A stretch of 64,000 bases of DNA from an uncultured Gemmatimonadota bacterium. Lineage in GTDB: Bacteria; Gemmatimonadota; CAZMKB01; CAZNLH01. The position numbers and the translations under genes were made by a program. This document shows, one piece after another, positions 28,628 through 38,232 of the stretch (position 1 is its first letter; the number at the start of each line of letters is the position of its first letter). The notes below the pieces were generated by a model. It worked only from the letters and a program-made list of their open reading frames with translations. It had not been told where the DNA came from and did no database searches. The stretch lies in NCBI GenBank assembly GCA_964577985.1, contig CAZOAR010000004.1, positions 6,470-70,469 of the forward strand, written 5' to 3'.

Positions 28628-30738
28628 TGCTTCTCTGCCATCTTCCCGCGTATGGTCTTTATCCAGCCCTGAACCCTGGTGACCGTGAATGAATCAGGCT
28701 CTGTGGCGAGATATGACTGGTAATGACCGAGCGCCTTCTCGTACTGGCCCCGTCTGAAATAGGATCCTCCGAGGAGAAGATGCAGGTCCGTTCTCTCCGG
28801 ATCGAGCAGCAGGGCAAGCTCCCATTCCCGTTCGGCGTCCTCTGGTCTTCCCATTGCGTAGTAGGCGTTTCCCGTGTTGGCTCGTGCCTGGGGCAGGTCA
28901 GGATTGATCCTGATCGCTTCATGGAGCATCTCGAGGGCACGATCATATTCCTGACGCTTCCCGTAGATCATCCCCATGTTGTTGTACGCCTCGGCGTAAT
29001 CAGGATCCAGGCTCACGACCTTATTCAGGTCCTCCAGAGCCTCATCCTCTCTGCCCGCCCGGGACATCAGCAGGCCTCCAAGATACCAGGCATCCGCATT
29101 TTCCGGCTCCAGCTCCAGGACCCTGTCGATCTCGGCGAGCCCTTCGTCGGTCTTTCCCTCCACCCTGAGTATCTCCGCAAGATAGTAGCGAGGCAGCGCG
29201 TAATCGGGTGAGAGTTCGATCGTCTTGCGCAGGAAGTAGGACGCTGCCTCGTTCCGCTCAGATGACATGAAGAAGAGCGCGAGGCGCATATACTCCCCGC
29301 TGAACCTCTTCCTCCGGAACTCCTTCATCATCTCCCTGGGATCGGGCCCCGAGAGATCGATTGCGTCGTAGTCCGCGTCCATATCTCCCGCGCCGGCGTA
29401 GCCGAGGCTTCTAACCTTCTCGAGGAAGGCCTTATCCTTGATGCCGGGGTCCACGCGCTCGCTCCCGGCAGCCTCCTTGTCCATATCTGCGAGGAGACCG
29501 GCAAGTCTGCTCGACACCTCTTTGTCTTCGGCAAACAAGTTTCGTGTCTCATCGGGATCCTTCCGCAGGTCATAGAGCTCCGGCGATGGTGCCTGTATGA
29601 ACTTCCACCCACCTGCCCTTACGCCCCTCAGCACGCTCCAGCCCCTCTCGAACCTGTTGGCGTAAGTCTCCATATAAGCCGGGGGATTCTCCTGGCTCTC
29701 CCCCCCTTCCACACGCGGGATGAGACTCCTTCCTGAGATTCCAGGAGGAGGGGCAATCTCCATAATGTCGAGCACAGTGGGCATGATGTCGATCGACCTC
29801 ACCTGCCCATTGATCACCCTGCCACCCGACATGCCGATCGCGCCGCCGAGTATCAACGGGACACGCACGGTCGGTTCGTAGAGGAAGACACTGTGTGTCT
29901 CTTCACCATTGTCTCCCAGGGCCTCACCGTGATCGGAGGTAAACACTATCAGTGTGTTCCTGTCGAGATCGAGCTCCCTCAACTCATCGAGAAGGAGTCC
30001 TATCTGCTGATCTGTGTAAGCGATCTCCCCGTCGTAGTAGTCCGCCTGTCGGGACAGTATCTCTTTGTAATTGTCCGGTCCCGCCTGCGGGGCAAATGGC
30101 GGGGGAGGATCGTATGGTATGTGCGGGTCATAGTAGTGGAGGAGCAGGAAGAACGGTCGCTCCTTCTTTTCCTTCAGCCACGACACCGCGGATTTCGTGA
30201 TATCTTCTGCCCTCCTCTGGCTTCCATCGTAGAGGCCCTCAACGGATTTGAGCGAGGACTGATAGAATGGAAACCGCTCAGGGAAGCGTGCGTCATACCG
30301 GTCGAACCCCTGCGCCGTGCCGAAGGTGGAATCGAGTACGATCGAGCCCACGAATGCCGCAGTCTGGAGCCCCTGGGTGGACATCACCTCCGCCAGCGTG
30401 GTAACCCTCTCGGGGAGTCTGTACCCCTCATTGTAATGCACACCATGCTCCAGAGGGGTCAGGGAGGTGAGTATGGAGGATATCGACGGCAGTGTGATGG
30501 GTGCCTGCGATACGGCGTCCTCGAAACGGATCCCCTCTCGGGCCAGACGATCAATACTGGGGGTATTGTTGCCGGCATGGCCGTAACAGCCGAGGTGGTC
30601 ATACCTCAGTGTGTCGACGATTATCAGGATGACGTTCTCGGGTCTTTCCTCAGACACGGCTCCGCAGCCGCAGATCAGGAGGGATGAGACAAGGCACGTC
30701 AGAATGGCGCGGGTTGCAAGAGGCTTCATTGTCATCAC
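28624..30738 (-). CDS. Sulfatase-like domain + TPR repeat membrane protein, paralog 5 (GTG start)
   Basis: 704 aa. IVDTLRYDHLGCYGH, SQAPITLPSISSILTS, TSDHGEALGDNGEETHS, then C-terminal TPRs. Overlaps paralog 4 by 4 bp. The start codon in the sequence is GTG. Confidence 0.8.
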   Translation of the reverse strand: MMTMKPLATRAILTCLVSSLLICGCGAVSEERPENVILIIVDTLRYDHLGCYGHAGNNTPSIDRLAREGIRFEDAVSQAPITLPSISSILTSLTPLEHGVHYNEGYRLPERVTTLAEVMSTQGLQTAAFVGSIVLDSTFGTAQGFDRYDARFPERFPFYQSSLKSVEGLYDGSQRRAEDITKSAVSWLKEKKERPFFLLLHYYDPHIPYDPPPPFAPQAGPDNYKEILSRQADYYDGEIAYTDQQIGLLLDELRELDLDRNTLIVFTSDHGEALGDNGEETHSVFLYEPTVRVPLILGGAIGMSGGRVINGQVRSIDIMPTVLDIMEIAPPPGISGRSLIPRVEGGESQENPPAYMETYANRFERGWSVLRGVRAGGWKFIQAPSPELYDLRKDPDETRNLFAEDKEVSSRLAGLLADMDKEAAGSERVDPGIKDKAFLEKVRSLGYAGAGDMDADYDAIDLSGPDPREMMKEFRRKRFSGEYMRLALFFMSSERNEAASYFLRKTIELSPDYALPRYYLAEILRVEGKTDEGLAEIDRVLELEPENADAWYLGGLLMSRAGREDEALEDLNKVVSLDPDYAEAYNNMGMIYGKRQEYDRALEMLHEAIRINPDLPQARANTGNAYYAMGRPEDAEREWELALLLDPERTDLHLLLGGSYFRRGQYEKALGHYQSYLATEPDSFTVTRVQGWIKTIRGKMAEKQ

Positions 30739-30875
30739 CGGTATATGTTCCTTCGTTCCTCTGACACTTTCAGACCTAATAATAGCACATGCGTATACTA
30801 ATCGAAAGAGGTTTTGTTCCTGGAGTTTCCGGTGACAGCAAAAGACTCAGGCGACGAAATCCACGAGGTGTGAGG

Positions 30876-30923
30876 GTGGACATCTTTCACATAAGAAGGG
30901 GACTCCATCCCATTCGAGATGAG
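30876..30923 (-). terminator. Rho-independent terminator (11-bp stem GGGACUCCAUC/GAUGGAGUCCC, then UUCUUAUGUG)
   Basis: Minus-strand reading. Located ~70 nt after the stop of the secreted hypothetical gene (30993) and upstream of paralog 5. Confidence 0.6.
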
Positions 30924-30992
30924 ATGGAGTCCCTCCTGAAGCTGATCAAACACCACAGGGCGCGCAGCCCCGCGGGTCATGAGTGATCAGAT

Positions 30993-31703
30993 TTAGTTCA
31001 TCTTGAAGCACCACGGACGCCCGGAACCGGCACCGTTGCCGATCTGGTCATTGGCGTTGTGGAGGAGGTTCGTGACACCAGGTCCGAACTCAAAGCCGCC
31101 AAGATCCGTGTCGGATGCCGGCGGGACCGGAATCGGGGTAAGGCCGTCATAGCGGGCCATCCATCCCCAGTCATACGTGCCGGGGCTGAAACCACTGAAT
31201 CCAACGGTGATGTACCAGTTACCCGCGTAGGGAAGCGTCAGGACGAGCGTACCACCGTCCAGAGTACTTCCATACAGACTCGGAACAGGCGGATAAACTA
31301 CGCCCGCGCCGCAGCTGGTCCACACATAGGCCTCTGAGACTGGAGTCGGCCAGGGACCGGCGTTGTTGTCGACATTGGTCCTGTGGTCGACGTACGCTGC
31401 TGAGCCACCGGTAAAGGAATACTGCTCAACACTGAAGACCGACGGCGAGCCGGTCGCCCAGCTCGGGGCCGTGAAAGCATTACCGGTAAAATTCGCAGTA
31501 CCTGGTCCGGCACCAGGTCCACCAAGCGTGTCGTTGCCTTTCTTGAAACTGCTGACGTAATTGGACACGCAGTCGATAGTGACATGATCAACATCAAGGG
31601 CCATGCCGGTGTAGGTGTCTCCCCAACCGGACTGCTGTGCGGCCTGCGCGTTAACCGCGAAGACCATGGCGATAATCGTGCAAAGAGCGAAAATCTTCTT
31701 CAT
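30993..31703 (-). CDS. Secreted Gly/Pro/Thr-rich hypothetical protein
   Basis: 236 aa. Clear signal peptide MKKIFALCTIIAMVFAVNAQA with an AGGAGA SD. No recognisable domain. Rich in G, P, T, W and Y, ending in WCFKMN. Confidence 0.5.
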   Translation of the reverse strand: MKKIFALCTIIAMVFAVNAQAAQQSGWGDTYTGMALDVDHVTIDCVSNYVSSFKKGNDTLGGPGAGPGTANFTGNAFTAPSWATGSPSVFSVEQYSFTGGSAAYVDHRTNVDNNAGPWPTPVSEAYVWTSCGAGVVYPPVPSLYGSTLDGGTLVLTLPYAGNWYITVGFSGFSPGTYDWGWMARYDGLTPIPVPPASDTDLGGFEFGPGVTNLLHNANDQIGNGAGSGRPWCFKMN

Positions 31704-32294
31704 TACGATCTCCTTTCAGATCAGAAGAAAGAACAAAACTGATGTCTCTCGGCATCCACCAGCCGGGACAATCAACCCTGGACCGTCGGCGGACAGGATA
31801 CAACACGAGAGAAACTTCTATTCTGACAGCCTCTCAATCACCTCCTTCCAGGATTCCCAGATGTTTCGAACAAAAGAGCAAGAGTAATTTCGGCTCACGC
31901 ATAAGAGAGCCTCTATCGTTCTGAGCAATTATAAGACACTCGACCGTTCAAATCTGTAAGCGTCCTTACATATATGGTTCATTTCCGCCCGGGAAAGGGG
32001 CATAGGTCGATAATTCTTGAAATATTCCGCCATCTGTGGACCTTTTTCTCCTTATCGCTCAATTAATGATACCACCATCCGCCCACCATGTCAAGTGTTT
32101 TTTTCCCTCTTGTCGATCGTCTTTTCTTATCGGTCAATCAATATCGTAATTATACCTCAGTTGATATGTATTATGCTAATATTAGAGATAATAACTCCCA
32201 TGTGTCGCCATGGTAGCGCGACACGTAAGGAGTATTGAGCAGATAATAGCCACAGAGGTACTGGATGGAAGGTCCTGTTTCTGGCAGGCAGGGT

Positions 32295-33026
32295 TTATCC
32301 GATCATAGAGCCCTTCTCAATCGCCCGGATCATCTCGCCCACAGCGCGTTCGAGTCCCACCGTAACCGCCCGGCTGATGATGGAGTGACCTATGTTGAGT
32401 TCTTCTATCCCGGGGATGGCAGCCACGAGGAAGACATTCTGATACGTAAGGCCGTGTCCCGCGAAGGTCCGAAGTCCCGTCTCGCCGGAGAGCCTGCACG
32501 CTTCTTCGAGTTCCTTGAGCGAGGCATCCCACTGCCGGCGCAGGTGGCCTTCGGCGAACCTGCCCGTGTGGAGCTCAACCGCATCGGCACCCAGGTCCTT
32601 CGCCCTTTCGACCGCTCTCGTATCGGGGTCAACGAAGAGACTTACGAGTATCCCCCTGCTCTTGAGTCCCTCTATCACGCCCCTTATACGGCCTTTGCCC
32701 TTCCCGAGGTCGAGCCCGCCCTCGGTAGTGACCTCCTCACGCTTCTCCGGGACCAGTGTCGCCTGTTTCGGGCATACATCGAGGGCGATCTCCAGCATAT
32801 CGTCCGTCGCTGCCATCTCGAGGTTCAACGGGACCTCCAGGGCCTCCCTGATTGTCCGGACGTCCCGCTCCTGTATGTGCCGACGATCCTCGCGAAGATG
32901 GACGACTATGCTGTTCGCCCCGGCTTCTTCGGCAATCAGCGCCGCGTAGACCGGTTCAGGCTCCACGGTCTTTCTCGCTTCACGTATGGTCGCTATGTGA
33001 TCTACATTTACACCCAGCCTGATCAT
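32295..33026 (-). CDS. pdxJ: Pyridoxine 5'-phosphate synthase (PdxJ)
   Basis: Start called at [20 protein letters not shown], the canonical PdxJ N-terminus, with an AGGAGG SD 6 nt upstream. TIM-barrel PdxJ motifs run throughout. Confidence 0.9.
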   Translation of the reverse strand: MIRLGVNVDHIATIREARKTVEPEPVYAALIAEEAGANSIVVHLREDRRHIQERDVRTIREALEVPLNLEMAATDDMLEIALDVCPKQATLVPEKREEVTTEGGLDLGKGKGRIRGVIEGLKSRGILVSLFVDPDTRAVERAKDLGADAVELHTGRFAEGHLRRQWDASLKELEEACRLSGETGLRTFAGHGLTYQNVFLVAAIPGIEELNIGHSIISRAVTVGLERAVGEMIRAIEKGSMIG

Positions 33027-33936
33027 CCTGCCCCTCCTTTCGAATCGACTGATCAAAGGACTGCATGACATCTCTCAATCCGACGATGTCATCGTCTGCA
33101 AGGCCGCCTCTCTCCTCCGCAAGTTCAAGGGTGCGGTACGCGAGCGAGAGAAAGAGGGGGAGGGCTCCGGGGCTCTTTTTCACTACGGCGTCGAGCTGGA
33201 TTCTCACCGTCTCGCGATCACCCCTGGCGATCGGACCCGTGAGGGCGCGATGGGGCCCCAGCCCATCAATCATATCGAGGACATTCGTCATCATCGGTCG
33301 TAGTGCTCGCAACGCCTCCTCGACCGAGATGCCGGCGCTCGCCATCATCCGGGCGGCGGACCAGACCTGTGCCACAAGGTAATTGCTTGCCATGCTGGCG
33401 GCGGCGTGATAGATGCCTCGGTCGGCTCCCCGCAATTCAAGCGCAGTGCCTCCGATCGCTCCCGCGAGTTCCTTTCCCATCGAGACCGCGAGGGCGTCGC
33501 CCTCGAGCGTGAAAAAGGAACGGGGCAATGCCCGGATTCCTGCCTCTACCGTCGGCACGGTCTGAAGAGGATGGAACGTCCCTGCACTGACCCCTGATTT
33601 CCTCATAGGATCCAGGACGCTCGAATCGAGCGCGCCACTGCAGTGAAATACGGCGCCCCCCTCCGTCAGATACCCTGAACTGCTCAGGCTTACAGCGATC
33701 TCCTCGATGGCGGAGTCGCTCGTTGTAACAAAAATAACAGTCGCGTCCGCAATCACCAGAGGGATCGATCCATGAAACCGGGGACACTTCAGCGATGACG
33801 GCACGCCTTCCAGCGACCCTGCGTTCCTGCCCCACATCCCCACGACCTCAAATCCAGCCCGCTCAAGAAGGATGCAGAGGCTCGTTCCGACCCTGCCGGG
33901 ACCGAGAAAAAAAAGTGCCTTTCTATTACCGGTCAT
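32980..33936 (-). CDS. Rossmann-like + DUF2520 domain protein (P5C-reductase/prephenate-dehydrogenase-like oxidoreductase)
   Basis: Start called at [19 protein letters not shown] (GxGxxG dinucleotide-binding). The C-terminal half resembles DUF2520. Overlaps pdxJ. Confidence 0.5.
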   Translation of the reverse strand: MTGNRKALFFLGPGRVGTSLCILLERAGFEVVGMWGRNAGSLEGVPSSLKCPRFHGSIPLVIADATVIFVTTSDSAIEEIAVSLSSSGYLTEGGAVFHCSGALDSSVLDPMRKSGVSAGTFHPLQTVPTVEAGIRALPRSFFTLEGDALAVSMGKELAGAIGGTALELRGADRGIYHAAASMASNYLVAQVWSAARMMASAGISVEEALRALRPMMTNVLDMIDGLGPHRALTGPIARGDRETVRIQLDAVVKKSPGALPLFLSLAYRTLELAEERGGLADDDIVGLRDVMQSFDQSIRKEGQDDQAGCKCRSHSDHT

Positions 33937-33946
33937 CCTCGCCCCT

Positions 33947-35227
33947 CTATTCCACGCGCAGGCCCTGCATGCCATCTTTGAGCAGCCTGTCCCTCATCCC
34001 TCGCTCCATCCTTACCGTCACCGTCACCCTTCCATCATGCGCGGACTTCTCCATGACCCTGCCGGCGGCGTAAAGGCGCGCGACCGAGCGGGCATCATCC
34101 AGAGGAAATGAGAACGCCATCACGACTTCGTCTTTCCTCATCTCCTTCTCGATAGCGTCCCTGAGATCGTCGATGCCCGATCGCTCCCTTGCCGAGGTAC
34201 AGACCCCGATCCCATCTCGCGACCGCGCCCGCGCTATCACATCGGCGTTCTCCAGCAGATCTACCTTGTTGAAGACCTGAATGGTGCGCTTCTCCTCCAC
34301 TCCAAGGTCAGCGAGCACATCTTTGACCACCTCCAATTGATCGGACATACCTTTTGATGAGATGTCGATGACGTGGAGGAGAAGGTCCGCCTCAACGACC
34401 TCTTCCAGGGTGGCCCTGAACGACGCGACCAGGTGGTGAGGGAGTTTTCGAATGAATCCCACAGTGTCTGTAATTACCACGCGGCGCGGCGAATCGAGGT
34501 CGAGCACCCTGGTGCGGGCGTCGAGCGTCTCGAAGAGCCTGTCACCCGCAGCCGCGTCGCTGCCGGTGAGGAGGTTGAAGAGCGTCGATTTGCCGGCGTT
34601 TGTGTACCCGACGATGGCTATGTTGTATACCCCTGAGCGCCGTACCCTCTGTTGCTCTCGACGGCTCTTAACCACCTTCAACTGCTTTCTGAGATGCCCG
34701 ATCCGTTCTCTGATGGCGCGACGGTCTACCTCGAGCTGGGTCTCGCCCGGCCCCCGGAGGCCTATGCCCCCCCTTATCCTGGAAAGGTGCTCCCACATGC
34801 GGGTAAGCCTCGGAAGCAGATACTGCAGTTGAGCCAGCTCGACCTGGAGCCTGGCCTGTCTGCTCCTTGCGCGCAGGGCGAAGATATCGAGGATCAACTC
34901 GCTCCTGTCGAGGATCCTCTTCTCGACACACTTCTCGAGGTTCTTCTCCTGTGTCGGTGTAAGGTCATCATCAAAAACAACCAGGTCGCAATTGGCCGCC
35001 TCGGCGGCGCCCTTCAGGTCCAGTGCCTTTCCCCTGCCGATGTAGTAGGCCGGATCGGGCCGTTTCCTGTACTGCGTGACCTTTCCCCTGACCTCTCCAC
35101 CAGCCGACTCGACAAGCCTGCCAAGCTCCACCAGAGACTCTTCCACCTCCCATGGAGAATCGGAAGGTGTTATGAGCTTGACAAGAAGCGCCTTTTCTTT
35201 CTCTGCGTTCAGCGAGGTATCCCGCAT
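33947..35227 (-). CDS. hflX: GTPase HflX
   Basis: 426 aa. HflX N-domain followed by a G domain with IAIVGYTNAGKSTLFNLLTG, DTVGF, NKVD. Confidence 0.9.
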   Translation of the reverse strand: MRDTSLNAEKEKALLVKLITPSDSPWEVEESLVELGRLVESAGGEVRGKVTQYRKRPDPAYYIGRGKALDLKGAAEAANCDLVVFDDDLTPTQEKNLEKCVEKRILDRSELILDIFALRARSRQARLQVELAQLQYLLPRLTRMWEHLSRIRGGIGLRGPGETQLEVDRRAIRERIGHLRKQLKVVKSRREQQRVRRSGVYNIAIVGYTNAGKSTLFNLLTGSDAAAGDRLFETLDARTRVLDLDSPRRVVITDTVGFIRKLPHHLVASFRATLEEVVEADLLLHVIDISSKGMSDQLEVVKDVLADLGVEEKRTIQVFNKVDLLENADVIARARSRDGIGVCTSARERSGIDDLRDAIEKEMRKDEVVMAFSFPLDDARSVARLYAAGRVMEKSAHDGRVTVTVRMERGMRDRLLKDGMQGLRVE

Positions 35228-35239
35228 TCTCGACTACTC

Positions 35240-36586
35240 TCAGAACTCCTTCCGTTTGAGGATCCGGTGCCGCTTCAGCCAGCTCCTGGTGCTGTATACG
35301 GCCTTCTGCACCGGAGAGAGGATGGTGTGAAACCTCTGAAACGAAGGGTCTATGAAGCGGTAATCCATCCCGTAGATGTCCCCCTGGAGCAGCCCCCGTT
35401 CGTTCAACTCATGGAAGAGCGGGGTCCCCGAAAAGACCTGCATCTTTGAAAGCGGGTCCACATAGGAGCCGAGCCGTTTCTTCATTGGATAGACCTTTTC
35501 CACTACAAACCTAAGATTTGTAAAGAATTCGTCAAATGTGGTCTCCGGCTCCATCGTTATGAAACCTACGCCACAGCGTATGTCAAGCCTGTCGAAGATA
35601 TCGAGCGCCTCAAGGTTCTGATCCAGCGTGACCCCCTTGCGCATCGCTTCAAGGGACCGCGGAACCGCGGACTCTATCCCGACGAAGACCTCCCTTAGAC
35701 CGGCCTTCTTGAGGCGGCGGAACAGTCCCTCTTCGATATTCTCCGCGCGGCACTCGATACGGAATTCCATGTCGAGCCCCTTCGAAAGCATGCCCTCGAC
35801 GATCTCTTCCACTCTCCTTCTTCCCGCGGCGCCCGGCCCGAAGAAGTTGGCGTCCTCGAACCGAACGCGCTTTACTCCGTAAGTCTTGAGGAGAAGCTCG
35901 AGCTCCTCCAGGATATTCTCCGGGCTCCTGCCCCGCCAGGCCGGACCCTTCGCCGTCCGATAAAATGCGCTGATGCTGCAGTACGAACATATCGCGTGAC
36001 ATCCCCTGCTCCCGACAAGCGTGAGACATCCCCCCCTCTCGAAGGCGAGGGGAAGCTCGTCTCTGGCGGGGAATGGAAGCGCATCGAGGTCTCTGATAAG
36101 CGGTCGCGCCCCGCCCTCCACTATTTGACCGGCCGGGTTTCTGTACGTCAAACCCTTCACTCCGTCGAGTGGTTCCCCCGCTCTGAGCCTGTCGAGTAAC
36201 TCCCTCACCGTGTATTCGCCTTCTCCCCTTACTACAGAATCTATCTCCGGCGTGTCTGCCATCAACTGGCGATGGGCAAGCGTCGGGAAATAGCCTCCCA
36301 CGCAGACGTGGGTCTTGAGCCCCTTCTTTCGCAGGATACTGATGAGCGACAACTGCTCCTTTGCGGCTCCCTGGTAGATAACAGTCACCCCAAGCAACCT
36401 GAACTCTCTCGCCATGATCTCCGCTGCCAGATCCTTGTGCGTCATCCCTCGGATACTTCCATCCAGGATCTGCACGGAATAGCCAAGGGAACGAAGATGG
36501 GAGGCCATGTATCCGAAACCGAGATTCTCCTGGATCGGCTCCTCCATGAGATGATAACGCGGATTTATGAGGAGCAGATCGATCAT
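35240..36586 (-). CDS. B12-binding domain radical SAM protein
   Basis: 448 aa. N-terminal cobalamin-binding-like Rossmann region, then a CHAICSYC CxxxCxxC radical SAM cluster motif. Confidence 0.85.
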   Translation of the reverse strand: MIDLLLINPRYHLMEEPIQENLGFGYMASHLRSLGYSVQILDGSIRGMTHKDLAAEIMAREFRLLGVTVIYQGAAKEQLSLISILRKKGLKTHVCVGGYFPTLAHRQLMADTPEIDSVVRGEGEYTVRELLDRLRAGEPLDGVKGLTYRNPAGQIVEGGARPLIRDLDALPFPARDELPLAFERGGCLTLVGSRGCHAICSYCSISAFYRTAKGPAWRGRSPENILEELELLLKTYGVKRVRFEDANFFGPGAAGRRRVEEIVEGMLSKGLDMEFRIECRAENIEEGLFRRLKKAGLREVFVGIESAVPRSLEAMRKGVTLDQNLEALDIFDRLDIRCGVGFITMEPETTFDEFFTNLRFVVEKVYPMKKRLGSYVDPLSKMQVFSGTPLFHELNERGLLQGDIYGMDYRFIDPSFQRFHTILSPVQKAVYSTRSWLKRHRILKRKEF

Positions 36587-37902
36587 GCCGGTTGCTCCCT
36601 GTCGAGGACTGTGACTACCCTCGGCGCCTTCTCCTCTTCCCGGCTCACGCGTGAGAAGTCCATTTTCAGGAAGACCTCCACCACCTTCGGATCGAACTGG
36701 TATCCAATGTAGCGCTGAAGCTCGTCGGTCGCCTGCTGATGACTCAGTGCCCTTCTGTATGGACGGTTCGTGGTCATGGCGTCATAGGCGTCCGATACCA
36801 TGATTATCCTCGAACCAAGCGGTATATCCTCTCCCTTCAGACCATCGGGGTATCCGTTGCCGCCGTAACTTTCATGATGATGCCTGATGATATCCTCGAT
36901 GTCGCCCCTCAGAAAGCTGATGTGCGAGACCAGGTCCGCGCTCAGAACGGGGTGTTCCTTGATGATCTCGTATTCCTCATCCGTCAGCTTCGCCGGTTTT
37001 CTTATCAGGGCGTGATATTCGCCACCGATTTTTCCCACATCATGCAGGATCGCCGCTATCTCTATCATCTCCACGTCCGAAAAGGGCAGGTCCATGGCAG
37101 TAGCCAGACTCCTTGCGTAACTCGACACCCTTTCCGAATGGCCAGATGTGTACGGATCACTTGCCTCTATCCCCTTGACAAGCGCGAGGACCGTCTCTTT
37201 ATACGTTCGCTTCAGTTCCACGTACAGGCGGTACGCCTGGCGAATCATCATCAGTGGAAGGAAGAACAGAATGAGTCCCCATTCACTCATCTTCTCATAG
37301 AGGTAGAGCATGAGAAGGAGGAGCGGGAGGGAGGCGACGGTGTAGAAGAACTGCCACCTGCAGTTGTCGTACCACACCCTGAGGGCTGACTCGTCCTGGT
37401 AGAAACCTATCGCGCATGAGACAGTAAGAGAATTAACAACAAAATATGTCATAGCCATCATTGTCAGGGAGAAGAGGACATCGGGAAAGTTGAGCAGCCC
37501 GAACTTCCCGCCGGTCAGGGAGAAGACGAGCCCCGCCGAGAATATGGAGACTGAAAACTGTAGAATATTGTGAAAATACTTTATGAAACTCTTGTGAAGT
37601 TTGATCTTGTCGTACAGGAAGTAAGCCATCGCCGCCGCGATCATTGTCCAGAAAGGCCCGAAGTTGAATATCGATGTATAGAAGATAAGAGAGGTCATGG
37701 AGAGCGTTGATCCACCGGTCGGCAGCTCTATGGAGAGGAAGAACGATGCCAGGCTCAGCAGGAATATCACACCGAAAGTGAGGAGGAATCTGTTTACGCT
37801 CAGGCTATCCGGGACGAAGAAATAGTACTTGCCGGCAAAATAGCAGGAGATGGCCGATATTGTTAGAATGATCCCATAATATGCCTTGAACCTGCTGTTC
37901 AA
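36583..37902 (-). CDS. Membrane-anchored HD-GYP domain phosphodiesterase (7TM receptor-HD type); TTG start
   Basis: 439 aa. ~7 predicted TM helices, then an HD domain (HSERVS...AAILHDVGK) with the HHHESYGGNGYPDGL GYP motif. The start codon is TTG. The stop overlaps the rSAM start by 4 bp. Confidence 0.85.
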   Translation of the reverse strand: MNSRFKAYYGIILTISAISCYFAGKYYFFVPDSLSVNRFLLTFGVIFLLSLASFFLSIELPTGGSTLSMTSLIFYTSIFNFGPFWTMIAAAMAYFLYDKIKLHKSFIKYFHNILQFSVSIFSAGLVFSLTGGKFGLLNFPDVLFSLTMMAMTYFVVNSLTVSCAIGFYQDESALRVWYDNCRWQFFYTVASLPLLLLMLYLYEKMSEWGLILFFLPLMMIRQAYRLYVELKRTYKETVLALVKGIEASDPYTSGHSERVSSYARSLATAMDLPFSDVEMIEIAAILHDVGKIGGEYHALIRKPAKLTDEEYEIIKEHPVLSADLVSHISFLRGDIEDIIRHHHESYGGNGYPDGLKGEDIPLGSRIIMVSDAYDAMTTNRPYRRALSHQQATDELQRYIGYQFDPKVVEVFLKMDFSRVSREEEKAPRVVTVLDREQPA

Positions 37903-37949
37903 CTCTTGTGGGGCTCCAGGATAGAAGAGGCTGACACTCGAAAAGTCAA

Positions 37950-38033
37950 TTACCAGGCATTAGAGCCAGCACGGCTCAGGACAATCAGAACCGTGACGAT
38001 CTTTGAAAGCGCACTGAAATACTTAGTCAGCAT
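37950..38033 (-). CDS. Possible 27-aa hydrophobic small protein (MLTKYFSALSKIVTVLIVLSRAGSNAW) upstream of the HD-GYP gene
   Basis: Not in the ORF track because it is under 60 aa. An AGGAGGTG SD lies ~10 nt upstream of the ATG. The peptide has a single predicted TM helix. Confidence 0.25.
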   Translation of the reverse strand: MLTKYFSALSKIVTVLIVLSRAGSNAW

Positions 38034-38232
38034 GAGCGATTCACCTCCTGACTGAATGGATTAGACCCGCGCATCGGCGAGGGTCCGGCGTTCGCTCATC
38101 TCCACTTGTGCCGCTCCGCTAAATAAAGGCTACCTCTGCTGTTCGAGTGTCAGCCAAACATGTCTAATTCGTTCGATGTCGTACTGCAAAATCTAACCGT
38201 TTCCCGCTCCACCTTCAACCCCCGTATGCCCT

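Noticed and set aside
32265-33068. 267-aa plus-strand ORF with an upstream AAGGAG-like sequence
   Set aside because: It spans exactly the pdxJ antisense strand. pdxJ has canonical motifs and a strong SD, and the antisense frame has no recognisable features.
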